A stretch of 64,000 nt of DNA from a virus, in IMG/VR virus record IMGVR_UViG_3300020469_000009; one strand, 5' to 3'. Numbering within the stretch: position 1 is the first letter of the stretch; each line of letters begins with the position of its first letter. Both the position numbers and the translations under genes were made by a program. The notes under the pieces were generated by a model. The model saw only the letters and a program-made list of their open reading frames with translations, had not been told where the DNA came from and searched no databases. Positions 56,046 to 64,000 of the stretch are shown piece after piece.

Positions 56046-57236
56046 TTAAACTAAACCATTTGCTGTTTCATAGTCTGCAAGTATGGCTAACTGTTCTTGT
56101 ATATCTTCTCTTTGCCAAAAAGCCAATAGTTCATCCATCAATTTTCCGTGAGCATCACCAATTGCTTTATCTGCTGTGTATAAACCATATTCTCTACTAT
56201 CTCTTTTTATTGGTAAATATAATTCATCATAAAATCTGTATACAAAAAAACCTGGATATTTTGTTTTATCATACCAATCAGGATTATCAAAGAAAGGATG
56301 TGCACCAAAAATATTTTTACTTGCTAAACCTTTTTCCATGGCAGAGGAACCATCAATAAGTTCAGATGTTAACGTATCGGTGTATTCATAATCTTGATAA
56401 AGTGATAGATATGTTCTATATTCTTCAAATGGAAATACATCTTCTGGCCACTGACCATCTTGCCACATATTAAAAAATTTTTTATAACCACTTTTCTCTG
56501 CTATTACTTTAGCTGCTGCGTACTTTTTTTTGACTTTCTTATAATATTTTTTTACATCTTTACTTTTTTTAGTCAAACCAAGTTTATCTTTCTTTATAAA
56601 TTTTGTTACGCCTTTTTCTACTTTATCATATGCCAAACTAATTTCTGCTTTTGCAACATAATAATCAGATTGTGTATATTTTCCACCACCCAGTGAAGTT
56701 TTTGTAGAAGAATCTTCTACAGTCTTTTCTACTTCTTTGGGTTTTTCAGCTGCTTCATTTGGTTTAGCTTCTACCAATGCCTTTTCAACTGGTTCACCGT
56801 CTTTATCTAATTCTACATTAGGTACATTTTTACAGATATCAAACGACTTACCACCCAAAGCATCTGATATAGCATCTTCAGCTCCAGCTGCAATTCCAGC
56901 AGCTCCTTGGAGTACTGGGTCTAATACATTTTTAAGAGCACCAGTTAAAACACCTGCACCTAAAGCTTTACCAAAATCTTTTTCTATTGCAAGTACTGCA
57001 GCACCTACGGCTAATCCTTCTTTTAAACCTTTTATTTTTTCTAATTCTACTTGTAGATTTTTTGGTTTAGGTATTTGTGAAACCAACTTATCTTTAATAT
57101 CACCTTTGATAGATTCAGCTTTATCTTTAAATTCTTGCAACTTATCCAAATCAACACTATCTTTTAAAGTGTCTGCCATATCCTTTGTTTTTTCAGTTAA
57201 AGCTCCTAAAGCTTCATTTGCTCCACACTTACTCAT
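56046..57236 (-). CDS. Hypothetical protein (396 aa) downstream of PAAR
   Basis: Long ORF whose start overlaps the PAAR stop. Confidence 0.65.
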   Translation of the reverse strand: MSKCGANEALGALTEKTKDMADTLKDSVDLDKLQEFKDKAESIKGDIKDKLVSQIPKPKNLQVELEKIKGLKEGLAVGAAVLAIEKDFGKALGAGVLTGALKNVLDPVLQGAAGIAAGAEDAISDALGGKSFDICKNVPNVELDKDGEPVEKALVEAKPNEAAEKPKEVEKTVEDSSTKTSLGGGKYTQSDYYVAKAEISLAYDKVEKGVTKFIKKDKLGLTKKSKDVKKYYKKVKKKYAAAKVIAEKSGYKKFFNMWQDGQWPEDVFPFEEYRTYLSLYQDYEYTDTLTSELIDGSSAMEKGLASKNIFGAHPFFDNPDWYDKTKYPGFFVYRFYDELYLPIKRDSREYGLYTADKAIGDAHGKLMDELLAFWQREDIQEQLAILADYETANGLV

Positions 57237-57538
57237 TACCCACCTGCAAATACATCTGGTGAACCTTCATTAGAAGCATTTGCAACCCAACTACCATGAC
57301 CACCAGTTGCATCAGTTTTCCTATGTACCTTTTTACCATTTACTAAAACTTTACTTGATCCACCAACTGCAGGGTCTCCACAACTAGTTGAATCTGTACT
57401 TTCTCCACGTATTACATTTTTACCATTAGCAAATACATTTAAAGAACCACCTGTATAAGCAGTTTGATGAAATGGACTTGGTGTAGGACTTGCATGTCCT
57501 ACATGTTTATCATCTTTTCTAGTGACAGCTAAGCTCAT
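57236..57538 (-). CDS. PAAR spike-tip protein (gp5.4-like)
   Basis: D.HVGH, GSLNVFANG, TSCGD, GSSKVLVNG, GSPDVFAG. Confidence 0.9.
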   Translation of the reverse strand: MSLAVTRKDDKHVGHASPTPSPFHQTAYTGGSLNVFANGKNVIRGESTDSTSCGDPAVGGSSKVLVNGKKVHRKTDATGGHGSWVANASNEGSPDVFAGG

Positions 57539-58143
57539 TATCTTACACTCCTAACGGAACCGTTATTTTGTACTTGAAAAGCAGAAAAGTCTACCTTATC
57601 ATATTCTTTCTTTAGTGAAAGAAAGCTTTTTAAGTTATTTTTATCATCATCAAAAAATCGTACTCTCTCAAAGTCACCTGAACCTAAGTACTTTTGAAAA
57701 ATCTTTTTCTTAGCACTAGCGGCACTACCACCTAGATTACCAGCTCTTTCTACATGTACTTTGTCTATATCTATACCATGAGCTCTAAAAGTATCTAAAA
57801 ATAAATCTCTATCATCCATATCAGATCGAGCTGTAATTATAATTACTTTTGAACCTTTTCTAGTAGCATTTCTTATAATTGCTTTTGCTTTTTTTACCAT
57901 ACGTCCAATTGGCATAGCAGTTTGCTGAAACATTTTTGAATTTTTAAATTCACCAAAATCCCACTCTTCATCTTTCTTTAATTTGTACTTATTATATTGT
58001 ACTGGTGGAAGCTCTTTCACATCACCTGTTTTTTTATTTTTAACTTTTACTTTAGCAGAAGTTTTAAACAAAGTGTCATCAATATCAAAGACTGTAAGTC
58101 CTTTACCAGCTTCTTCTTCTAATATGTCAGTAAATTTTTTCAT
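57538..58143 (-). CDS. HAD-superfamily hydrolase with a capsid-targeting-like N-terminus
   Basis: VFDIDDTL (motif I), IITARS (II), FFDDDKNN (IV); N-terminus MKKFTDILEE. Confidence 0.8.
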   Translation of the reverse strand: MKKFTDILEEEAGKGLTVFDIDDTLFKTSAKVKVKNKKTGDVKELPPVQYNKYKLKKDEEWDFGEFKNSKMFQQTAMPIGRMVKKAKAIIRNATRKGSKVIIITARSDMDDRDLFLDTFRAHGIDIDKVHVERAGNLGGSAASAKKKIFQKYLGSGDFERVRFFDDDKNNLKSFLSLKKEYDKVDFSAFQVQNNGSVRSVR

Positions 58144-58694
58144 GTCTTTACCAAGTTAAATAATTGTGTAGCTAAATTCATACCAGCTTCATGGTCATTC
58201 AAATAGTGAAAGCCAGCTTTAATTCTACCAATACCACATTCTAATCCAGCTTCCATAATACCTACTCTATGAGATGGGTATATACTAGATACATAAAGTC
58301 CAGCTAAATATCCTTGTGTTGAATGTCCACTTGGATAAGATTTAGTCTTATTTGTTTTACTGGGTAATCTATCCACATTTAATCCATAATGTTCTGCAGC
58401 TGCATAGGGTCTTAATTTAGCAAATTTTCTTTTCCAAAACTTTATAGTTTGTACAGCCTGGTCTTCTAATTCATAAACTTCTCTAGCAGGAAAATCTATA
58501 TTATTTTCTTTACAATATTCTTTGATAGCAAATGATGGGTCTTCATCATGAGCTGCTACGGATGCTTCCCAAAACTTATTACGAGTTTTTGTTTGCTCTA
58601 TTACATACTCTATTTTTTCTTGAGTATGTTGTTCAGGCTCAGGCAATTGTGTATATGCCATAGCTAATTTTGGTAATTTAACTTTTGTTCCCAT
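58140..58694 (-). CDS. PAP2 / acid-phosphatase family protein (start uncertain: 58694 or 58661)
   Basis: K-x6-RP (KRKFAKLRP), SYPSGHS, GRIKAGFHY. Confidence 0.88.
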   Translation of the reverse strand: MGTKVKLPKLAMAYTQLPEPEQHTQEKIEYVIEQTKTRNKFWEASVAAHDEDPSFAIKEYCKENNIDFPAREVYELEDQAVQTIKFWKRKFAKLRPYAAAEHYGLNVDRLPSKTNKTKSYPSGHSTQGYLAGLYVSSIYPSHRVGIMEAGLECGIGRIKAGFHYLNDHEAGMNLATQLFNLVKT

Positions 58695-59112
58695 TTTTAA
58701 TGTTCTCGATATCAGCTTTGTTTTTTTCAATCTCTGCATTTTGTAATGCATCAACAATCTTTTGAGCTTTTTCTTGGTCAGTGTCTTGGTGTAAATCTTT
58801 ATCAACAATCTTTTCTAATTTAAGAAAAGGTATTCTTTCATTTTGTACAAATCTCCAAGTATAGCCATCATCATTATAAACACCAAAAACAGTTTCAGTA
58901 AATCCTATCTTTATAATAAGAGCTGGTTTGCCTTCTAAAATTACTTTATCGCCTTCATTAAAAGACTTGCTCATTCTAAATCTAGCACCTTTTGCAAATC
59001 CAGTTGCCCAGTCTTTAATCCACATACCTACAATAATCGAGCCAATCACAGCAGCCCACGGGCCAGCAATGGTCCATATACTAAGTACTTGTGTATTTAA
59101 AAGTTCATTCAT
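58678..59112 (-). CDS. Minimal MscS-like membrane protein
   Basis: One TM segment, then IKDWATG...FNEGDKVILEGKPALIIKIG, matching MscS TM3 plus the middle beta domain. Confidence 0.65.
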   Translation of the reverse strand: MNELLNTQVLSIWTIAGPWAAVIGSIIVGMWIKDWATGFAKGARFRMSKSFNEGDKVILEGKPALIIKIGFTETVFGVYNDDGYTWRFVQNERIPFLKLEKIVDKDLHQDTDQEKAQKIVDALQNAEIEKNKADIENIKNGNKS

Positions 59113-60392
59113 TAGTTTAACAATATATTTCCAGTTGTATCAATATCAACATCACCTGTGACATTGGTTATTTGTCCATCACCATATTGTTCATTAACTG
59201 CACCAGTAATTGTTTCTGTACGTGTACCTTTAATTGTTTCTATATGGTTAGCTTTAGTACCTACTGTAAGGTCTCCTAATGCTGATATATTTAATTTATC
59301 AGTGACTGTTTGTGTATGGATAGCGGAAGTAAACATATCTCTTTTACCCATTACAATTTCATTCATATTCGTGGCCACAGAAAGGTCCTCAGAATCACCA
59401 ATTGTTGTATTCCTTGATTTGTCTACAATACGTATTTCATGGCCTCCTACACGTTGAGTATAGTCTTCGTTTACATTGCTAGAAAATGCTTGACCTACTT
59501 CAATTAATTCATTGCCACCTACCGCTGAGTTTCTTGAGCCTTTTACATTCATTGTATAGTCTTTTTCTACTTCAAGATGATAATTGCCTTTTACAAGTTC
59601 TTTTTTATCACCATCAATAGTAATATCTACATTACCTTTTACATAAATCTTATCATTTCCAAAAATAACTGTGTAGTTATCTTTTCTAATAGTAGTAGCA
59701 ACATCACCATCATTTTGAATTTCATAATTAGTACCAGATTGGTGATACATAGATATTCTTTCATTATTTTTAGTATCATCAATTTCAAATACATGACCAG
59801 ATTCTGTTTCTGTCACTTTATTGAATGGATATATTGGTGTATTACCTTTCATTATTTCTGGCATATCCCAAGTATTTCTTGTAAACTTAGCATCATCTTC
59901 TTCATCAATACTTACAGTTTTTAAGAATGGTGGTATTGCTGTTTCTACTTTTGTTTGTCTTTGGTCTACTTTATTAACATATGATGGGTGGGCTTCATAT
60001 AAAGATTGAAGAGCTGAATCAGGTGTATCAACACCATCACTTCTTCTAGGATGTGCACCTTTCGGGTCATGAAATCCTAGTTCAGGATTTTTTGCATAAG
60101 GTGTAGAAGGTAAAGTTCCAAGAATAATATTTTCTTGCATATCACTACCATCAATAAAATAACCAACAACCCATGAACCATTTAAAATACCTGTTGCTGA
60201 TGTACCTATACCTGCTAATGATGCAGACGTAATAGGCATCACTACTTGAGACCAAGGTAAATCTTTAGTAGGTAAAAGTGTTTTATCATCAGTATGAATA
60301 CCATGTACTCTTACTTTTATTCTGCCCATCTTCATAGGGTCTATTCTGTCTTCAACAACGCCAGTGAACCAGAACATTTTTCCGTCTAACAT
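59112..60392 (-). CDS. gp5: Baseplate central spike (gp5-like, OB fold plus beta-helix, no lysozyme domain)
   Basis: WFTGVVEDRIDP..MGRIKVRV.G.H, LPWS, YPFNKVTETESGHVFEIDDT, VxGN repeats. Confidence 0.93.
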   Translation of the reverse strand: MLDGKMFWFTGVVEDRIDPMKMGRIKVRVHGIHTDDKTLLPTKDLPWSQVVMPITSASLAGIGTSATGILNGSWVVGYFIDGSDMQENIILGTLPSTPYAKNPELGFHDPKGAHPRRSDGVDTPDSALQSLYEAHPSYVNKVDQRQTKVETAIPPFLKTVSIDEEDDAKFTRNTWDMPEIMKGNTPIYPFNKVTETESGHVFEIDDTKNNERISMYHQSGTNYEIQNDGDVATTIRKDNYTVIFGNDKIYVKGNVDITIDGDKKELVKGNYHLEVEKDYTMNVKGSRNSAVGGNELIEVGQAFSSNVNEDYTQRVGGHEIRIVDKSRNTTIGDSEDLSVATNMNEIVMGKRDMFTSAIHTQTVTDKLNISALGDLTVGTKANHIETIKGTRTETITGAVNEQYGDGQITNVTGDVDIDTTGNILLN

Positions 60393-60393
60393 A

Positions 60394-61581
60394 CTATACT
60401 TCCTCTTTTAAACTTTCTTTAGCACAGTCCATTACCATTTTAACTTCATCACCTGCATAAAAGTCTCTTTTGGCTGTGACATAATATTTACCTGTCCACA
60501 TATTATCTTTTTCACCCATTCTAGAACCAGCAGGGTCTGGATTTGGTATATCTAATTGTACAACTTGTCCAATATCAACTTCAGGATTACCTTTAACTGT
60601 AATTTGTACTAATTGATTATAACCTGTGACTGATGACCTTTTTAAACCAGACAAGTCACTTTGATATTGTGAACTTGCAGAAAAATATATTCTGCCCATT
60701 CCATAATCTTGATTATAATATTGTGGAAATGGATTTAAGTATTTTGCTTTATCAAATTCTTTATGATAATTCCAATTAAGAACAGTTTGAGTTTTTTCTT
60801 TTAAACTAACATCATATTCTCTGGCAACTAAATAACCTTCTCTTAAAGCTTTTGCCATATCATAAGAATGACCAAACTTTAAATCAGATATAGCTGATAA
60901 ATCTTGTTCCACATTAGGTATACCATCAGTAGCATTATTTGCTCTATACTTAAAAGTGAATGGTGGATTATCTTTATAAAAATCTAAAGCTTTTTCAATA
61001 GGCATAAAGTTATATAGACCTTTACTGTCTTGAAAGAACCGAAATCTTATATCATCAGTTGTAGAAACTGCATTTGATGCTAACCAGCCTATAGCTCTTG
61101 TAGGACTCCAATTGGGAATAATAACTGTTGAACTACCTTTTGAAGCTTCAAATACACCAAATTTTTCGTCTGTATATTTTTGAAATATTTTTAAAGCAAT
61201 TTCATTAAATGGACCAGTAAATGATTGAGAAAACTTTTGATGCAAACCTTGGAAAGCAAATTCAGATATACACTCTAAAATATACATCCTACTAGTTTCT
61301 AAATCAGATAAACCTTTTATTTTAGTAATTCTTAAAGTGTAATCTCTTATTTGACCCATAATATCTATTTGTACTTTAAATAGGTCACCACCTTGTACAG
61401 GGAAACCTGATATTATGTTTCTACCATCAGTAATTAAAAACTCACCCATAATAGTTCTATCAACTATGGATGAAAAGATATTCATTTCTGATACCATCAT
61501 AGTGATATCAGCTGCTTCTCCACCTCTAATTATTTTTGCGCTTTTTAGTTCGTAAGCACCAGTTTGTTTTCCGCTAGCCAT
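60394..61581 (-). CDS. Baseplate hub protein (gp27-like)
   Basis: Position between gp53 and gp5; IIPNWSP..AIGWL, VKGNP.VDIGQVV, GKYYVT. Confidence 0.7.
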   Translation of the reverse strand: MASGKQTGAYELKSAKIIRGGEAADITMMVSEMNIFSSIVDRTIMGEFLITDGRNIISGFPVQGGDLFKVQIDIMGQIRDYTLRITKIKGLSDLETSRMYILECISEFAFQGLHQKFSQSFTGPFNEIALKIFQKYTDEKFGVFEASKGSSTVIIPNWSPTRAIGWLASNAVSTTDDIRFRFFQDSKGLYNFMPIEKALDFYKDNPPFTFKYRANNATDGIPNVEQDLSAISDLKFGHSYDMAKALREGYLVAREYDVSLKEKTQTVLNWNYHKEFDKAKYLNPFPQYYNQDYGMGRIYFSASSQYQSDLSGLKRSSVTGYNQLVQITVKGNPEVDIGQVVQLDIPNPDPAGSRMGEKDNMWTGKYYVTAKRDFYAGDEVKMVMDCAKESLKEEV

Positions 61582-62227
61582 TTATATACTCTTGTATTTC
61601 GTCAATCAATTTGTCTACTACTTTTGATGTCGGAATAATAATATTTCTTTTTGTTTCATTTAACTCTTCTTCATGTGTTTGAATTGACACAGGAGCTACT
61701 GTAGGATATGTAATTCCTATACCATTTGCATCTTTTCCTGTTGTATTATTTACTATTGAATCATAAGAATATTCTTTTTTATTTGCATCTATAAAATGTC
61801 TAGGTTTAGTCACAACACTTGTTCCTGTCACAGAGCTTTTAAAATTATTACCTGTTGTACCTACAAACTGTATGAATTCCATTACTTGTACTTTTGTAAG
61901 AGTTTGTGAAACACCATCACTGTCAGTTTGTACTTTATATTTTTGAAATAAAAATTCATCTTGTTGCTGTTGGTCTCTTGGCCAATCATTATAGATACTC
62001 ATTATATTATTAGCAAGCATGATAGCCCAGTGTTTACCGGTATCAGAATAATAATCATAAGCTAAATTTTCTGGTGTATCTCCGTCTTTGATAGAATAAA
62101 ATTCAAAGTTATCAGAATTTGTAGTAATCTCATCTCTCATTTTAGGACGTATAGACATATCAGTCATAACTCTTTTTACACCGTCAGAAAATTCATATAC
62201 TATTCTATTGTATTGTTTGAAGTACAT
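61574..62227 (-). CDS. gp53: Baseplate wedge subunit (gp53)
   Basis: MYFK, YSIKDGDTPENLAYDYY...HWAIMLANN...DWP, EEELNETKRNI. Confidence 0.9.
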   Translation of the reverse strand: MYFKQYNRIVYEFSDGVKRVMTDMSIRPKMRDEITTNSDNFEFYSIKDGDTPENLAYDYYSDTGKHWAIMLANNIMSIYNDWPRDQQQQDEFLFQKYKVQTDSDGVSQTLTKVQVMEFIQFVGTTGNNFKSSVTGTSVVTKPRHFIDANKKEYSYDSIVNNTTGKDANGIGITYPTVAPVSIQTHEEELNETKRNIIIPTSKVVDKLIDEIQEYING

Positions 62228-63294
62228 TATTCAGACACCTTGTTTTGAATTAATGGTTCTATTTCTATATAGCTTAATGTTAAAGATGTTTTTACTGGTG
62301 AACCATCTTCATGTAAAAAGTTTTCAGCATCACCACCATATTGAATATCACAAGATGATAAGAAACATTTAAAAGGTTGTTGATGATGAGTTAATAGATT
62401 ACCGTTTCTATAGTATTTTATGTCCCATTGTGAAGGCATTTTAAGAAAGTGTTCACCAGCATTACCAGTGTTTACACTTCCACCACCTTTAGATGGTAGC
62501 ATATAATATAAAAACATATCACAAATTCTTTTAACTTCTTCAGCTTCTCTTGAATTTCGTGGGACTAAATCAAATGTATAATTAAAAGTTCTATGAGCCA
62601 TGCCGCCAAATACTTGATATGAATATGGATTTACTATTTGTCCTTCTGCAATAGCAATTGTATCTCCTACTTGTCCTGATTGTCTTACAACTTCAGCTAA
62701 AACACCTTCTGCCAATTTAGAATCTGATTTTGTCTGATTAAAAGCATCAGCTATACTACCGCCACCAGCTTTCTTGGCAGCTTTGATTGCTTCCATTCCC
62801 ATTGCACCAATATCTTTTTGACTATAATCTGCAGATGTAGTAGCATTTAAACTATCTGGTAAATATAATGATATTGAACCTTGTTGTCTTACTTGAGGTG
62901 CTTCTGATTTTATACCAGATGATAATATAAAGTCTCCTATTTTAACTTTACCATTTACTAATTTACCAAACTTTGTAGCTTTTGCTGATAATGAACCACC
63001 ATCAAATATACTACCAATTGCATTCACTGTATCTACAGCTGCATCAGCAATAGATTCTAGTTGGCCACCAATAGCTTTACCTATTTGTTTAAATGGATTT
63101 CCTGCACCTAGGTCTATATCAAAAGCAGAACCACCGTCTGATTTTCCGAATAAACCACCTGAACCTCTATCTGCTTTATTGCCGTAATTAGTTGGTTCAT
63201 AAGATAACTCTTCAGGCATAAAAGTAATGTAGTTCGGTGAACTGTTAGTTCCCAAATCTTGTGGAAATCTTAAGGCTTTAAAATTTTCTGGCAT
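62227..63294 (-). CDS. Baseplate tail-tube cap/initiator (gp48/gp54-like)
   Basis: LRFP.DL, ISLYLP, NPY...F.G...RTFNYTFDLVPRN..EA, SLTLSYIEIE. Confidence 0.82.
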   Translation of the reverse strand: MPENFKALRFPQDLGTNSSPNYITFMPEELSYEPTNYGNKADRGSGGLFGKSDGGSAFDIDLGAGNPFKQIGKAIGGQLESIADAAVDTVNAIGSIFDGGSLSAKATKFGKLVNGKVKIGDFILSSGIKSEAPQVRQQGSISLYLPDSLNATTSADYSQKDIGAMGMEAIKAAKKAGGGSIADAFNQTKSDSKLAEGVLAEVVRQSGQVGDTIAIAEGQIVNPYSYQVFGGMAHRTFNYTFDLVPRNSREAEEVKRICDMFLYYMLPSKGGGSVNTGNAGEHFLKMPSQWDIKYYRNGNLLTHHQQPFKCFLSSCDIQYGGDAENFLHEDGSPVKTSLTLSYIEIEPLIQNKVSE

Positions 63295-63321
63295 ATTAAA
63301 TAATCCTATAGAGTATTTATT
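63295..63321. promoter_or_regulatory. Late-promoter motifs in the gp48/54 - gp4 intergenic region
   Basis: AATAAATA (-) at 63314-63321; ATTAAATA (+) at 63295-63302. Confidence 0.55.
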
Positions 63322-63864
63322 ATGCCGACTTACAAAGGAAAATTAGCAGCGTTAAATAATCCTGACAAATATACGGGTGATGTAAAGAACATTACATACC
63401 GTAGTATGTGGGAAAGAAACGTAATGAAATGGTGTGACGACAATCCTGCAGTCCTTGAATGGGCTAGTGAAGAGATTGCAATACCATACCAACACCCTGT
63501 GACTGGTAAAAGAGCTAGATATTATCCTGATTTTTATATTAAATTTAACGATGGTGTAATAAAAGTTATTGAAGTTAAACCTAAAAAAGAAACTGTTGCA
63601 CCAGCATCACCTACAAGAAAATCAAAAAGATGGATTGAAGAAACTGCCAGGTTTGCTATTAATGCTGAAAAATGGAAGAATGCTCAGATTGCTTGTTCTA
63701 AAAATGGACTAAGATTTGAAATATGGACTGAAGAAACTCTACAAAAAATGGGTATCTTAAAATGGGAAGCTGAGAAATCTCAATTATTAGCTGAAAGAAG
63801 ATTACTTAAAAGAAAAGAAATACAAAAACGAAAGCCTTATACTAGACCCACAAGGCGTTCTTAA
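63322..63864 (+). CDS. gp4: Head completion nuclease (gp4, TnsA-like)
   Basis: NPDKYTGD..NITYRSMWE, WASEE..IPY, RYYPDF, IEVKP, N.EKW. Confidence 0.93.
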   Translation: MPTYKGKLAALNNPDKYTGDVKNITYRSMWERNVMKWCDDNPAVLEWASEEIAIPYQHPVTGKRARYYPDFYIKFNDGVIKVIEVKPKKETVAPASPTRKSKRWIEETARFAINAEKWKNAQIACSKNGLRFEIWTEETLQKMGILKWEAEKSQLLAERRLLKRKEIQKRKPYTRPTRRS

Positions 63865-64000
63865 GTAGCATATGCATCTGAATATCCAACTTGGGTATTA
63901 GTACCACCAGGAGTAATATTAGTTGTTTGACTTGATTGATTATTATTTGTCGAAGAAACTACAACTGTATCACCAGTAGCTCCACCTCCACTATTATTTT
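63861..64000 (-). CDS. 3' end of an upstream gene (N/T/S-rich tail, possibly gp29-like hub/tape protein)
   Basis: Open frame NNSGGGATGDTVVVSSTNNNQSSQTTNITPGGTNTQVGYSDAYAT*. Confidence 0.45.
   Translation of the reverse strand, partial: NNSGGGATGDTVVVSSTNNNQSSQTTNITPGGTNTQVGYSDAYAT

Noticed and set aside
44-60009. Many short antisense/overlapping ORFs in the track (e.g. 44-355, 1299-1676, 35291-35746, 56737-57273)
   Set aside because: Shadow frames of long, well-supported genes; no promoter/SD or recognisable motifs.
59112-60392. gp5 lacking the T4 lysozyme domain
   Set aside because: Common among non-enteric T4-like phages; not novel.
1-64000. Stop-codon reassignment, introns/inteins, tRNAs, DGR
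   Set aside because: Core genes are uninterrupted in the standard code and use TAA, TAG and TGA as stops. No intein or homing-endonuclease insertion in gp17/gp20, no tRNA-like intergenic space, and no reverse transcriptase seen.

Overview
AT-rich segment of a large T4-like myovirus genome (gene content resembles marine/aquatic T4-like phages; host not determinable from this window). It covers almost the whole virion morphogenesis region, mostly on the minus strand: gp48/54, gp53, gp27-like, gp5, PAAR, gp25, gp6, gp7, gp8, VrlC/DUF4815, gp14, gp15, gp9/10-like proteins, fibres, gp16, gp17, gp18, gp19, gp20, gp13, gp67/68, gp21, gp22 and the 5' part of gp23, plus gp4, a holin-lysozyme pair and auxiliary genes (IscA, MscS-like, PAP2, HAD). 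The most striking signal is a tripeptide, Asp-Ser-Asp/Glu (DS[DE]). It occurs about 180 times by manual count, concentrated in predicted surface-exposed virion proteins and often inside lineage-specific insertions. It is absent from portal, tail tube, gp6, gp25, the gp27-like hub, terminase and the enzymes. Between the tail genes and the terminase lies a ~12.7 kb island with late-promoter motifs. It encodes 3 glycosyltransferases, 4 Fe(II)/2OG hydroxylases of the Asp/Asn beta-hydroxylase type, 3 GNAT-like proteins, a sulfotransferase, a methyltransferase, an SDR, a PP-loop enzyme and a fatty-acid desaturase. The leading hypothesis (inference) is a phage-encoded, sequon-directed system that decorates the outside of the virion. 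A second pattern is 12 late promoters placed exactly 4 nt upstream of ATG, suggesting leaderless late mRNAs. No tRNA, rRNA, CRISPR array, intron or IS was recognised. All family assignments come from motif recognition by eye, not from database searches.
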